Shown here one piece after another: positions 50,106 through 60,320 of a stretch of 64,000 bases of DNA. Position 1 is the stretch's first letter; every line of letters begins with the position of its first letter. Source of the DNA: an uncultured Candidatus Actinomarina sp. GTDB taxonomy: Bacteria; Actinomycetota; Acidimicrobiia; Actinomarinales; Actinomarinaceae. Below the pieces are notes generated by a model. That model saw only the letters and a program-made list of their open reading frames with translations, was not told the DNA's origin and ran no database searches. Where the stretch lies: contig CACMHQ010000002.1 of NCBI GenBank assembly GCA_902613615.1, positions 80,028 to 144,027 on the forward strand. The letters are read 5' to 3'. The translations under genes and the position numbers were made by a program.

Positions 50106-51131
50106 ATGGTATTCGATAATTTAATTATAAGAGCAAGATCCCTTTCAAAATCTTATGGCAGTGAAGATGTTTTAACGGATTTCAATATTGACATTTGGTA
50201 CGGATCAATATTTGGAATTTTAGGTGTCTCTGGTTCTGGTAAAACAACAGCATTAAGACTTCTAGCTGGTTTTGAAAACCCAGATCAAGGAACAATCGAA
50301 ATGCATAACAAAGTTATATTTGATGAGAAAACTAACGTACCACCTGAAAAAAGAAAAATTGGTATGGTATTTCAAGATTATGCACTATTCCCTCATTTAA
50401 CAGTTGAAAAAAATATTGCTTTTGGTTTAAGTAAAGAAGAAATTAAAAACGGAAGACTCGATGAGGTAATAAGTATGACAAACTTAAGTTCATACAGAAA
50501 AAAATTTCCACAGGATATATCAGGAGGTCAACAACAAAGGGTAGCCCTAGCAAGAGCATTGGCTCCAAATCCAGAAGTGGTTTTGCTAGACGAACCTTTC
50601 ACAAGTTTAGATGCACAGATGGCACGAGACTTAAGAGAAGAAGTTGTTTCATTATTAAGAGCCACTAAAACAACTGGAATCATAGTTACTCATGATCAGG
50701 AAGAAGCACTATCAGTTTGTGATATTGTGAGTGTTCTTGAAAATGGTAAAGTGATCCAAAGTGCTACTCCTCAGGAAATATATCTCAATCCAATAAGTCA
50801 AACTGTTGCAAACTCTGTTGGAGATCCAAATATCATAAAAGGAGTATCAACAAACGGAAGAGTTAAAACATCATTAGGAACATTCAATTCTGCTTATGAT
50901 GGAGAATTAGATGTTTCGATAAGACCTGAATGTATTGAAGTCAACCTAGATTCCAATGGGGATTATGTCGTTAAAGAATGTATTTTTTATGGGCATGATC
51001 AAGTAATTTCATTTGAAAACAAAAACGGTGAGATATTTAGAGCAAGATCTTTGCCATCTATGATTTTTGAACCAGGTGACAAAGTTTGTATAGATGTGAC
51101 TGAAGTCACTACCTTTCCTTCAAAGAACTGA
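50106..51131 (+). CDS. iron(III)/polyamine-type ABC transporter ATP-binding protein (FbpC-like)
   Basis: Walker A GVSGSGKTT, signature ISGGQQQRVALARAL, C-terminal TOBE-like domain. The start is set at the ATG 3 nt after the permease stop; the longest ORF starts at 49989 inside the permease. Confidence 0.85.
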   Translation: MVFDNLIIRARSLSKSYGSEDVLTDFNIDIWYGSIFGILGVSGSGKTTALRLLAGFENPDQGTIEMHNKVIFDEKTNVPPEKRKIGMVFQDYALFPHLTVEKNIAFGLSKEEIKNGRLDEVISMTNLSSYRKKFPQDISGGQQQRVALARALAPNPEVVLLDEPFTSLDAQMARDLREEVVSLLRATKTTGIIVTHDQEEALSVCDIVSVLENGKVIQSATPQEIYLNPISQTVANSVGDPNIIKGVSTNGRVKTSLGTFNSAYDGELDVSIRPECIEVNLDSNGDYVVKECIFYGHDQVISFENKNGEIFRARSLPSMIFEPGDKVCIDVTEVTTFPSKN

Positions 51132-51314
51132 ATTAATTTTTGCTATTCTTCCAGCAATAGTTTGCAAGTCACTCTCGATCTCTGCCAGTCTTACTTGAGC
51201 TCTTTTATTTGAATCTTCAGATATAAACTCTCTTGAAGAAGATAAAGACTTTGAAATATCGTTAATTTCATGAAGAATTTTTTGAATTTCTTGATAAATT
51301 TCTTGTTTATTCAT
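51120..51314 (-). CDS. hypothetical small coiled-coil protein (64 aa)
   Basis: An ORF divergent from the heliorhodopsin gene and overlapping the ATPase stop by 12 nt, with heptad-like charge periodicity. Uncertain. Confidence 0.3.
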   Translation of the reverse strand: MNKQEIYQEIQKILHEINDISKSLSSSREFISEDSNKRAQVRLAEIESDLQTIAGRIAKINSVL

Positions 51315-51352
51315 TTTTGGTAGATGTTTGTAAATTCCATATTAATATATGA

Positions 51353-52177
51353 GTGTCAAAGGGGGGAAATTTGATATCTGAAAAAATCCGAAAATTAAGG
51401 CGTTTTAATATCATTATGGGCTTTATGCACCTTGTCCAAGGATCAGCATTATTTTGGTTAGGAACTGTAGTAAATTCTGATTTTGTAGTCCCAATAACTC
51501 TTACACAATTGGTTGGAGAGGGCAGTCCAAATGATCCATCATCATTCGCTTTAGTACCAAAATTAGAAATATGGAGAGAAGTAACAAACTTTGGACCTGC
51601 TGTTGCAACCTTCTTGTTAGCATCCGCAGTTGCACATTTTTTGATATCAGGTCCTTTTTACAATAAATACCAAGAAGACCTTGGAAAAGGAATCAATAAA
51701 GTTCGTTGGATTGAATACTCTATAAGTGCTTCTGTCATGATAGTTTTAATTGCCTTACTAGTTGGAATTTATGATATCTGGGCATTACTTGGTATATTTT
51801 TTATGAATGCTGCAATGTGTTGGTTTGGGTGGATGATGGAAGTCAATAATCAATATACTGAAAAAGTCGACTGGACAAGTTACATTATGGGTTGTCTTGT
51901 AGGTGTTGCACCATGGATTTTCATATTTATTAATTTAATTGGGGATGGTGTTGCAACAGATTCAAACCCACAAGGTGTACCTCAGTTTGTTGTCTGGATT
52001 TTTGTAAGTATATTTATATTCTTTAACACTTTTTCAATAAACATGGTTCTCCAATATAAAGGTGTAGGCAAATGGAAAGATTATCTTTACGGTGAGAGGG
52101 CATATATATGGCTTAGCTTATTAGCAAAGACTGCTCTTGCCTGGCAAGTCTTCTTTGGGACTTACCAACCAAACTAA
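51353..52177 (+). CDS. heliorhodopsin
   Basis: 7-TM protein with strong identity by eye to heliorhodopsin 48C12: RWIEYSISASVMIVLIA versus RWVEYSLSSSVMIVLIA, and YKGVGKWKDYLYGERAYIWLSLLAKTALAWQVFFGT versus YKGKGKWSNYLRGERAYIVLSLVAKSALAWQIFSGT. The Schiff-base Lys is retained in LLAKTALAW and the counterion Glu in RWIEYS. Confidence 0.9.
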   Translation: MSKGGNLISEKIRKLRRFNIIMGFMHLVQGSALFWLGTVVNSDFVVPITLTQLVGEGSPNDPSSFALVPKLEIWREVTNFGPAVATFLLASAVAHFLISGPFYNKYQEDLGKGINKVRWIEYSISASVMIVLIALLVGIYDIWALLGIFFMNAAMCWFGWMMEVNNQYTEKVDWTSYIMGCLVGVAPWIFIFINLIGDGVATDSNPQGVPQFVVWIFVSIFIFFNTFSINMVLQYKGVGKWKDYLYGERAYIWLSLLAKTALAWQVFFGTYQPN

Positions 52178-52251
52178 TTACTTTATTTTTCTAAATAGAA
52201 AAATCATCATAATTAAGACAAACACCATACCTATATAAGACAAGACCATAA

Positions 52252-53337
52252 TTAATTTAATATTTCAATCAAAGGTATAGAGACCTCTGTCTTAGAAATT
52301 CCTCCGTGATAGCCTTTTAAGTTTGCACTTAGATGATTTGGAAAAATTATGTTTCCATCATCAAGAAGAAAAATTTGCTCTGGATAAAAATTCTCTATAT
52401 GTTCATTAGTAGGTGTACCTAATAAAGAGATTATTTCTTCTTTTTCTAAAAAATACCCTGGAACGTTCTTGAATACTTTTTCAATTTTTTCAACCTCTCC
52501 ATTTATATACACTGCTCTTTGATCGCCATAAATTTTTACAGATTCATCATATTCAAGTCTAAATTTGTTTTGGTCTTCAATATTAACCACTCCATGGTCA
52601 GCAGTTATACACGTATATCTATTTGAATCTATTTTTATCATTCTTGATAAAAATTCTGAAAAGATATTTACTTCATTTTGCCATTCGTCACTATTTGTTC
52701 CATATACGTGTGCTGCAACATCAATCACTGGATAATATATGTAATTAAAGTGATTATCTAATATTTCGGGTAAAGATAAAATATTTTCAAGTTCATTTAA
52801 ATTTTCATAGCCTATTTCATTCGCACCCATATATATATGATCCGATAGAGGGCTACCAATCAAATTTTTTGGTTGAATAACATTGAAACCAATTTTATTT
52901 TGACTCAATATATTCCAAATAGTTTTTTGGGAAGAGAAAAAGTCAATATTTTTTAAGTAAGTTTCAGAACCTTTCCAATTTAAGGTATTGATTAATTTAT
53001 TTTCCTTTTTAGCAAAATGAAAATAGCCAATCAAACCATTATCTATTGGTTTGGAAGCAAAATTAATTGAACTTAAGGCAACACTTGTAGAACTGGGAAA
53101 TGTAGAGACTATCTCATCGGTTTGATTATTGGTAAATAAATTATCTAAATTCTGGATATTTTTACTACCTAAGCCATCAACTAAAATAAAGTTTATTTTT
53201 TTGATTGATTGATCGTACTTTTTTAGAACTAATTTTTGGTTAACATTGAATAACTCTTCTGAACAAATGTTATTGATTAATACCTGAACAAGATCTGTTA
53301 AATTTGGAGAATCTAGAAAAAAATTATTTTTATCCAT
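52252..53337 (-). CDS. alkaline-phosphatase-superfamily type I phosphodiesterase / nucleotide pyrophosphatase family protein
   Basis: Metal-site motifs FILVDGLG, STFPSSTSVALSS (nucleophile Thr/Ser region of PF01663), ITADHGVV. No signal peptide. Confidence 0.7.
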   Translation of the reverse strand: MDKNNFFLDSPNLTDLVQVLINNICSEELFNVNQKLVLKKYDQSIKKINFILVDGLGSKNIQNLDNLFTNNQTDEIVSTFPSSTSVALSSINFASKPIDNGLIGYFHFAKKENKLINTLNWKGSETYLKNIDFFSSQKTIWNILSQNKIGFNVIQPKNLIGSPLSDHIYMGANEIGYENLNELENILSLPEILDNHFNYIYYPVIDVAAHVYGTNSDEWQNEVNIFSEFLSRMIKIDSNRYTCITADHGVVNIEDQNKFRLEYDESVKIYGDQRAVYINGEVEKIEKVFKNVPGYFLEKEEIISLLGTPTNEHIENFYPEQIFLLDDGNIIFPNHLSANLKGYHGGISKTEVSIPLIEILN

Positions 53338-53413
53338 AAAAAAATATTACAAAAGAATTCCTCTGAAGTTTGAAATAAAACTAAACTTTTTAAGAGCATA
53401 CTAAAGTTATTAT

Positions 53414-53779
53414 ATGATTTCTTATTTTCAGGATTACGTTACTGTTGGGGCGATGATAGGTCTCGGACTTGTCTTGTTTCTAGTTTTTATTTCTGTGTCT
53501 GCATTACTAAGCCCCAAAAAACCAACTCCAGAAAAAGTTAAAACATACGAGTGCGGAGTAGATCCAGTAGGTGGTGGATGGAGCCAAACTTATGTTAGAT
53601 ACTATATATTTGGTTTATTATTTGTAATTTTTGACGTTGAGGCAGTATTTATTTTTCCATGGGCACTAAATCTTGAAAATCTTGGATACTTTGGCTTGGT
53701 TGAAATGTTTATCTTTATTTTTATTCTCTTACTTGGTTTGATATATGCCATTAGAAAGGATGTCCTCAAATGGGAGTAA
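53414..53779 (+). CDS. nuoA: complex I-like subunit A (operon 2)
   Basis: [11 protein letters not shown]...[23 protein letters not shown]. Confidence 0.88.
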   Translation: MISYFQDYVTVGAMIGLGLVLFLVFISVSALLSPKKPTPEKVKTYECGVDPVGGGWSQTYVRYYIFGLLFVIFDVEAVFIFPWALNLENLGYFGLVEMFIFIFILLLGLIYAIRKDVLKWE

Positions 53780-54267
53780 TTGAAAAGTTTGGTATCCCCA
53801 AGCCTATTTCTAAAATATTGAATTGGGCAAGAGCATATGATATGTGGTATTTCCAATTTGGTTTAGCATGCTGTGCCATTGAAGTTATGGCAGCAAGTGG
53901 ACCAAGACATGATTTTATGAGATTAGGTATAATTCCACTTCCTGCATCGCCAAGGCAAGCTGACCTAATGGTTGTAGCAGGTACTGTGACCGATAAAATG
54001 GCCCCGGCAGTTAAAAGATTATATGATCAAATGCCGGAACCAAAGTATGTAATTTCAATGGGTTCATGTTCAAACAGTGGGGGACCGTATTGGGATTCTT
54101 ACTCTGTTACAAAAGGAGTAGATCAATTAATTCCAGTTGACGTTTATGTTCCCGGATGTCCTCCAAGACCGGAAGCTTTGCAAGAAGGAATAGTTTTATT
54201 ACAGAAAAAAATAAAAGGTGAAGATATGAAAGAAAAGTGGAGAGAAAAAGACATTGAACCAGTCTGA
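53770..54267 (+). CDS. nuoB: complex I-like subunit B (operon 2)
   Basis: All four N2 ligands present: [30 protein letters not shown]. Confidence 0.9.
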   Translation: MGVIEKFGIPKPISKILNWARAYDMWYFQFGLACCAIEVMAASGPRHDFMRLGIIPLPASPRQADLMVVAGTVTDKMAPAVKRLYDQMPEPKYVISMGSCSNSGGPYWDSYSVTKGVDQLIPVDVYVPGCPPRPEALQEGIVLLQKKIKGEDMKEKWREKDIEPV

Positions 54268-54814
54268 TCAAAACGAATTCGTAAATTCAATTCAAAGTAA
54301 ATTTCAAAATTCATCAGTTGAATTTGATACATTAAAAATTGAAGTAGATTCTCAGTCTTGGGTTGATACGCATAAAACATTGAAATCAGAATTTGATTTA
54401 AAATTTTTTAATTGGCTATCTGCTGTTGACTGGGATAACGATGTAAAAATTGGTGACGCACCAAAAGAACCAGTAACCCCAAGTTTTGAAATAATAAGTT
54501 GTTTATCAAAAACAAATTCTGACGACTTAGTTATATCATCTACAAAGATTTCAAAAGAGGATCCGCAGATTGATTCATTAGTTGAAGTTTTTGGTGGAGC
54601 GAACTGGCATGAAAGAGAAGCTTATGAAATGTTTGGTATAAATTTCTTGAACCATCCAAATTTAAAGAAACTTTATCTTCCTGATGCTTATGAAGGGAAT
54701 CCTCTACTTAAATCATTTGAGTTAATAAGTAGAGAAGTTAAACCTTGGCCAGGTGAAGTTGATGTAGAAGGTATGCCAGAAGATAACATCGTGGTCTCAG
54801 AAGAGGGTAGCTAA
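54254..54814 (+). CDS. nuoC: complex I-like subunit C (operon 2)
   Basis: [31 protein letters not shown]. Length 186 aa. Confidence 0.88.
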   Translation: MNQSDQNEFVNSIQSKFQNSSVEFDTLKIEVDSQSWVDTHKTLKSEFDLKFFNWLSAVDWDNDVKIGDAPKEPVTPSFEIISCLSKTNSDDLVISSTKISKEDPQIDSLVEVFGGANWHEREAYEMFGINFLNHPNLKKLYLPDAYEGNPLLKSFELISREVKPWPGEVDVEGMPEDNIVVSEEGS

Positions 54815-56010
54815 TGGCTCAAACAATGGATCCAAACAATATGCCAATTTTATCTGAAGCATCAGTTTCTGTTGAAATAGAAACAGAAGATATGACTTTA
54901 AATATTGGTCCTCAACATCCATCGACTCACGGTGTTTTGAGGTTAGTAGCTAAAATTAATGGAGAAAAAATATCCAGTGTTGAACCTGTACTTGGATATA
55001 TGCACAGAGGATATGAGAAACTTGCAGAGGTCAGAACTTATCCACAAGTAACAACATTAGTAAATAGAATTGACTGGGTTTCAGGATTTGCGAATGAGAT
55101 TCCATTTATCGCTGGTGCTGAAAAATTAATGGAAATCGAAGTACCTGAAAGAGCACAATACATCAGACTGATTTTGACAGAAATGGCAAGAATAAGCTCC
55201 CACTTTGTTTTTAATGGTGCTTTCCCCCTCGAAATTGGTGCACTAACACCTATATTTTTAGCTATGGAAGATCGAGAAAGAGTTCTTGATTTACTTGAAT
55301 CAGTTACCGGTGGAAGATTTCATCCAAACTTTAATCGAATTGGTGGGGTAAAACCTGCCGCAGGTGCTGGGCCAACAACAAAAAAAGACATACAGGATTT
55401 ACCGGCAGGATTTTATCACGATACCAAAGTTGCAATGCAAAAAGTTCTTGAAGCTGTTGATAGATTTGAAGATTTAATAGGCGGAAATGAAGTATTTCAA
55501 CTTAGAACAAAGAATGTTGGTGTATTACCAAAAGAAGTTGCCGAAGATTATGGAGTATCTGGTCCAATATTGAGAGCATCAGGTGTTGAGTTTGATTTGA
55601 GAAAACAATCAAACTACTTACCATATGACAAATTTGATTTCGAAATACCAATAGGTGAAAATGGTGACTGTTTTGATAGATGGTCTGTAAGAACATCCGA
55701 AATGAGAGAATCTGCAAAAATTATTTTACAAGCAATTGAAGACATGCCTTCTGGACCAATCCAGGCAAAGGTACCAAAAGTTATAAAAGTTCCTAAAGGG
55801 CAAACATATGTAAGAGCAGAAAACCCAAAGGGTGAAATGGGATATTATATTATTTCTGAAGGTGGTTTAGGACCTTATAGGTTAAAAATAAGAACAGCTT
55901 CATTTAGTAACATTTCAATTTTGCCAATCATGCTTGAGGGGGCCTTGCTTCCTGACTTGATAGCAATAATGGGTAGTTTAGATTTTGTTCTTGGAGATGT
56001 AGACAGATGA
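54814..56010 (+). CDS. nuoD: complex I-like subunit D (operon 2)
   Basis: NIGPQHPSTHGVLRL, RASGVEFDLRK, C-terminal DFVLGDVDR. There are no NiFe-hydrogenase CxxC motifs, so this is a genuine complex I type. Confidence 0.9.
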   Translation: MAQTMDPNNMPILSEASVSVEIETEDMTLNIGPQHPSTHGVLRLVAKINGEKISSVEPVLGYMHRGYEKLAEVRTYPQVTTLVNRIDWVSGFANEIPFIAGAEKLMEIEVPERAQYIRLILTEMARISSHFVFNGAFPLEIGALTPIFLAMEDRERVLDLLESVTGGRFHPNFNRIGGVKPAAGAGPTTKKDIQDLPAGFYHDTKVAMQKVLEAVDRFEDLIGGNEVFQLRTKNVGVLPKEVAEDYGVSGPILRASGVEFDLRKQSNYLPYDKFDFEIPIGENGDCFDRWSVRTSEMRESAKIILQAIEDMPSGPIQAKVPKVIKVPKGQTYVRAENPKGEMGYYIISEGGLGPYRLKIRTASFSNISILPIMLEGALLPDLIAIMGSLDFVLGDVDR

Positions 56011-56987
56011 GTTTTAGTACCGAGTTACTTATCAAAGTTTTGGTTGTTTTAGCTACAGCTCCAGTTATGGCCTTAGGACTTACATTGCTAGAGGTTAAAG
56101 GTTCTGCCTGGATGCAAAGGCGACCAGGTCCTCTTCATGTTGGTTTAAGAGGTTTTATATTTCCACTAGCAACAGCTGCAAAATATTTACAAAAGGAAAC
56201 AATCATTCCAAATGATGTTGACGAACCCGTATTTAAGTGGGCGCCAGCTTGGGTTATAGCTGCTGTAGTAGGCCTATTCACAATTATTCCATTAAGCCCT
56301 ACATTAATTGTTCGTGATCTGGAACTGGGTGTTTTCTTTTTACTTGCAATTAGCTCCATTTCCACCATTGGAGTCCTTACCGCTGGATGGTCTTCTGCAA
56401 ACAAATTTTCTCTAATGGGTGGCTTAAGAGCAGCAGGTCAACTTATTGCTTATGAATTGCCACTTATTTTATCTGTAGTTGGTGTCGTTATACAAGCTGA
56501 AACAATGTCAACAGTTGGAATAGTTGAAAAACAGATTGAATTTGGTTTTCCTTTTGTAATAGCAGGACAGGGTATTGCTTTTATTATTTTTATGATTGCT
56601 GCAACTGCTGAAATGATGAGAACACCATTTGATATGCCAATTGGCGAATCTGAATTAACCATGGGCTTTTTTACAGAATATTCTGGCATTAGATTTCTTA
56701 TTTTTTATATTTCTGAATATATAAATTTATTTGTAATGTGTGCGATTGCCTCAACTCTTTTTTTGGGGGGTTATCATGTCCCACTTTTACCGACAGAATG
56801 GGTTAATTTTTATGGTCCATTGGTTCTAATTGGAAAGACATTTTTACTAGCATTTATCCTCATTGCTATTAGATGGTCTTTTCCACGATTTAGGGAGGAT
56901 CAACTTCAGACTCTTGCTTGGAAAATCCTTATACCTCTATCTCTTTTGAATATAATGGCTACAGCAATCATGAAAGTTGTTTTTTAA
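56007..56987 (+). CDS. nuoH: complex I-like subunit H (operon 2)
   Basis: ND1 motifs (WMQRRPGP..., TEYSGIRFLIFYISEYINLF). It directly follows nuoD; there is no nuoEFG. Confidence 0.9.
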   Translation: MSFSTELLIKVLVVLATAPVMALGLTLLEVKGSAWMQRRPGPLHVGLRGFIFPLATAAKYLQKETIIPNDVDEPVFKWAPAWVIAAVVGLFTIIPLSPTLIVRDLELGVFFLLAISSISTIGVLTAGWSSANKFSLMGGLRAAGQLIAYELPLILSVVGVVIQAETMSTVGIVEKQIEFGFPFVIAGQGIAFIIFMIAATAEMMRTPFDMPIGESELTMGFFTEYSGIRFLIFYISEYINLFVMCAIASTLFLGGYHVPLLPTEWVNFYGPLVLIGKTFLLAFILIAIRWSFPRFREDQLQTLAWKILIPLSLLNIMATAIMKVVF

Positions 56988-57472
56988 TGCAAAAATTCAA
57001 ACCAAAGATTCCTGGATTTTTAACTGGACTAAAAATTGTTATTGGCAATATGTTTAAAACCCTTCTTCCTTTTTTTGAAAATCCTAACGTTAATTATCCA
57101 TTTGAAAAAGAAATACTCGCACCGAGAACTAGGGGTGTCATTGCTTTAGATTCTGAAGCATGTACAAGTTGCATGTTGTGTGCAAGATCTTGTCCCGACT
57201 GGTGTATTTACATAGAGGGTCACAAAGAACTACAACCTCCCTCAAAACCAGGAGGACGTCAGAGAAGCAGGGCAGTACTCGATCGGTTTGATATTGATTA
57301 TGCACTTTGTATGTATTGTGGGATATGCGTTGAAGTATGTCCATTTGATGCATTGTTCTGGTCACCGGAATACGAATATTCAGAATTTTCTATGGGTGAT
57401 ATGCTCCATGATAAAGACAGGCTTGACGAATGGTTAAAGACAGTTCCTGAAGGTCCAGGTTTAGAGAGCTAA
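56987..57472 (+). CDS. nuoI: complex I-like subunit I (operon 2)
   Basis: CTSCMLCARSCP and CMYCGICVEVCP. The start is set at the ATG overlapping the nuoH stop (TAATG); the longest ORF starts at 56918. Confidence 0.88.
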   Translation: MQKFKPKIPGFLTGLKIVIGNMFKTLLPFFENPNVNYPFEKEILAPRTRGVIALDSEACTSCMLCARSCPDWCIYIEGHKELQPPSKPGGRQRSRAVLDRFDIDYALCMYCGICVEVCPFDALFWSPEYEYSEFSMGDMLHDKDRLDEWLKTVPEGPGLES

Positions 57473-57990
57473 TGGAAGCAATAGACATATTTTCATATTT
57501 TCTTTTGCTGTTGCTATTACTTAGTGGAGTAAAAGTTGTTACCACTTCAAATGTTATCCACGCTGCAATATTTTTAGTATTTACTCTTGCTACTACTGCT
57601 GTTTTATTCATTTTATTATCTGCTGAATTTGTAGCTTTAGTCCTAATACTTGTATATATAGGAGCAGTTATTGTTCTATTTTTATTTGGTGTGATGATCA
57701 CTAGAGCTCCTTTAGGTCCAAACGCTGAACTAGATAATGATCAAAATAAATTAATGGCTGCTGTAATATCACTATCAATTTTTGGAATATTTACATATAT
57801 TCTTCTACAAACATTTGACTCAACAGTTGTTATTAGTGAAGGAACATCTACTAAATTATTAGGAGAAATTTTGTTGAGTAGATTTGTCTTTCCTTTTGAG
57901 CTAGTTTCATTTGTTTTGTTGGGAGCTTTAATTGGAGGCATTACACTAGCAAGAAAAGATAATGCATTAATGGACGAAGACCAAATATGA
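57472..57990 (+). CDS. nuoJ: complex I-like subunit J (operon 2)
   Basis: ND6-like 5-TM protein. Confidence 0.85.
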   Translation: MEAIDIFSYFLLLLLLLSGVKVVTTSNVIHAAIFLVFTLATTAVLFILLSAEFVALVLILVYIGAVIVLFLFGVMITRAPLGPNAELDNDQNKLMAAVISLSIFGIFTYILLQTFDSTVVISEGTSTKLLGEILLSRFVFPFELVSFVLLGALIGGITLARKDNALMDEDQI

Positions 57991-58292
57991 GCATTCAACC
58001 ATTGCTAATTGCAGCAGCAGCATTGTTCTCGATAGGCATTTATGGAATTCTTGTCCGAAGAAACGCAGTAATGGTTTTACTTTCAATTGAGCTGATTCTC
58101 AATTCAGTAAATATAAATTTTGTTGCATTCAATGCTATGCTTTCAGATGTTTTTTTAAATGGCCAGATTTTTTCAATATTTATTATCACAATTGCAGCAG
58201 CAGAAGTTGGTATTGGATTAGCTATTGTTCTAATGCTTTTCAGAAATCGAGAAACAGCCAATATTAATGAATTTGATTTAATGAAATGGTGA
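57987..58292 (+). CDS. nuoK: complex I-like subunit K (operon 2)
   Basis: ND4L-like, 101 aa (LLSIELILNSVNINFVAF). Confidence 0.88.
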   Translation: MSIQPLLIAAAALFSIGIYGILVRRNAVMVLLSIELILNSVNINFVAFNAMLSDVFLNGQIFSIFIITIAAAEVGIGLAIVLMLFRNRETANINEFDLMKW

Positions 58293-60304
58293 ATCAGAAT
58301 TTTATAAATTTACTCGCTGAGGGTAAGCCAGAATATACTGATGGTGGTGTACTCGCTGAATTTACTTGGTTGATCGTTGTACTTCCTTTTTTAGCTGCAA
58401 TTTTGATTACTTTTCTTGGAAAATATCTCCCATTACAAGGTGCAGAACTAGCTTTAGGAACAGTTTTATTCATATTTTCATATAGCGCAGCTTTGCTTTA
58501 TGAGCATGCGACAAAAGGAATCGCCAATGAATTTTTTATCAACGTAGGAAGTATTGGTTCTTATGATCTTGAGTTTGGCTGGGTCGTAGATGGATTGTCT
58601 ATTATGATGTACTTCGTAGTTGGTACTGTTTCATCTTTAGTTTTTATATATGCAACAAATTATATGCAAGGTGAAATAAGATATACTTTCTTTTTCACAT
58701 CACTCACATTATTTGCGGGGAGTATGTTAGTTTTAGTCTCTTCTCCAACACTTTTGCAATTGTTGATTGGTTGGGAATTAGTTGGAGTTTGTTCTTATCT
58801 ACTAATTGGCCATTACTGGGAAAAAAAGGAAAATTCTTCCGCAGCGATGAAAGCATTTATAACTAATAAAATTGCTGATGTTGGGTTAATGATTGGAATC
58901 ATTGTTCTTGCTTTATCAACAAAAACCTTGAGAATTTCTGAGATATTGTATCAATCAACTCATGATTATGTTGATATCAAAACCGTAGCATATTTGGGCG
59001 GAGTACTTCTTTTCATAGGTGCAATGGGAAAGAGTGCCCAATTTCCACTTCATGTATGGTTACCTGATGCAATGGCAGGACCAACACCAGTATCTGCTTT
59101 AATGCATGCAGCAACCATGGTAACCGCGGGTGTCTATCTTCTTGGCCGCATGTTTCCTTTCTACCAAGGAATGGCCTCACAAGCCCTAGATATAGTTCTT
59201 TTATTTGGAGTAATAACACTTCTTGGAGCAGGATTAGTTGCCGTAGTTCAGGATGATCTCAAAAAAGTTCTTGCATATTCAACAGTAAGTCAACTTGGTT
59301 ATATGGTTACAGCAATGGGTTCAGGTGCATACACTGCAGGTCTTTTTCATCTATGGACTCATGCATTTTTTAAAGCTTTATTATTTTTAGGTGCTGGCTC
59401 GGTAATTCATGCAGTGCACACAAATAACATGTCTGAAATGGGTGGACTAAGGAAAGAAATGCCCAGAACATTTTCAACTTTCATTATTGGAACGGTAGCC
59501 CTTGCTGGACTTCCTCCATTAGCTGGATTTTTCTCAAAAGATGAAATACTCGCATCACTGAATCACGAAGGGCATAATTTATATTTTATTATTTCAGTTC
59601 TTGGAGCCTTTATTACTGCGTTTTATATGACAAGAGCAGTTCTTTTAACATTTTTTGGTGATTATCGGGGCGATGGACACCCTCACGAATCTGACAAAAT
59701 GATGACAATTCCTTTGATAATATTATCAGGCTTTGCCATTGTTGCAGGATGGGCAAACATACCTGGTGTTTATACAGGATTTACAAAATGGGTTACAACC
59801 AGGAAAAATTATATTGTAGAATATCATCCTGAATCATTTGATTTGGTTGCTATGTTCAGTGGTCTTACATCTGGACTTTTGGGTATTGGACTTGCCTACT
59901 ACGTCTATCAAATGTCAGGAAATGCAACTGACGGCGATGAAAAAATTAAAATAAAACCAATATGGAATTTATTGGAAAATAAATACTACTTAGATTTTTT
60001 CTACTTCAAATTCATAATTGATCCTGTAAAAATAACTTTTGCTAAATTTGTTGACTCATTTAATTCAAATGTCCTTGATCGGTTTGTTAATGGTGTTGGG
60101 ACAACTGCTTCAAAAGCAGGAGGAATTGTATATACAAATCTTGACCAAGGAGGTATTGACAAGGTACTTAATTTATCCTCAACAGGTACAGACACTATTG
60201 GTAGTAAAGTCAAATTAATTCAAACTGGTAAAACTCAACAGTACTTAATGTATTTTTTAATAGGAGTGATAGTTATTAGCTTAATAATTTTGTTAGTGTT
60301 ATGA
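58286..60304 (+). CDS. nuoL: complex I-like subunit L (operon 2)
   Basis: 672 aa with VWLPDAMAGPTPVSALMHAATMVTAGV and a long C-terminal helix. Confidence 0.9.
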   Translation: MVNQNFINLLAEGKPEYTDGGVLAEFTWLIVVLPFLAAILITFLGKYLPLQGAELALGTVLFIFSYSAALLYEHATKGIANEFFINVGSIGSYDLEFGWVVDGLSIMMYFVVGTVSSLVFIYATNYMQGEIRYTFFFTSLTLFAGSMLVLVSSPTLLQLLIGWELVGVCSYLLIGHYWEKKENSSAAMKAFITNKIADVGLMIGIIVLALSTKTLRISEILYQSTHDYVDIKTVAYLGGVLLFIGAMGKSAQFPLHVWLPDAMAGPTPVSALMHAATMVTAGVYLLGRMFPFYQGMASQALDIVLLFGVITLLGAGLVAVVQDDLKKVLAYSTVSQLGYMVTAMGSGAYTAGLFHLWTHAFFKALLFLGAGSVIHAVHTNNMSEMGGLRKEMPRTFSTFIIGTVALAGLPPLAGFFSKDEILASLNHEGHNLYFIISVLGAFITAFYMTRAVLLTFFGDYRGDGHPHESDKMMTIPLIILSGFAIVAGWANIPGVYTGFTKWVTTRKNYIVEYHPESFDLVAMFSGLTSGLLGIGLAYYVYQMSGNATDGDEKIKIKPIWNLLENKYYLDFFYFKFIIDPVKITFAKFVDSFNSNVLDRFVNGVGTTASKAGGIVYTNLDQGGIDKVLNLSSTGTDTIGSKVKLIQTGKTQQYLMYFLIGVIVISLIILLVL

Positions 60305-60320
60305 GAGAGAGTGGTAAATA

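Noticed and set aside
52185-52204. ATTTTTCTA-AA-TAGAAAAAT inverted repeat between the convergent heliorhodopsin and phosphodiesterase genes
   Set aside because: The stem is almost entirely A/T, so it would be very weak, and it has no flanking U-tract. It cannot be distinguished from chance in AT-rich intergenic DNA.
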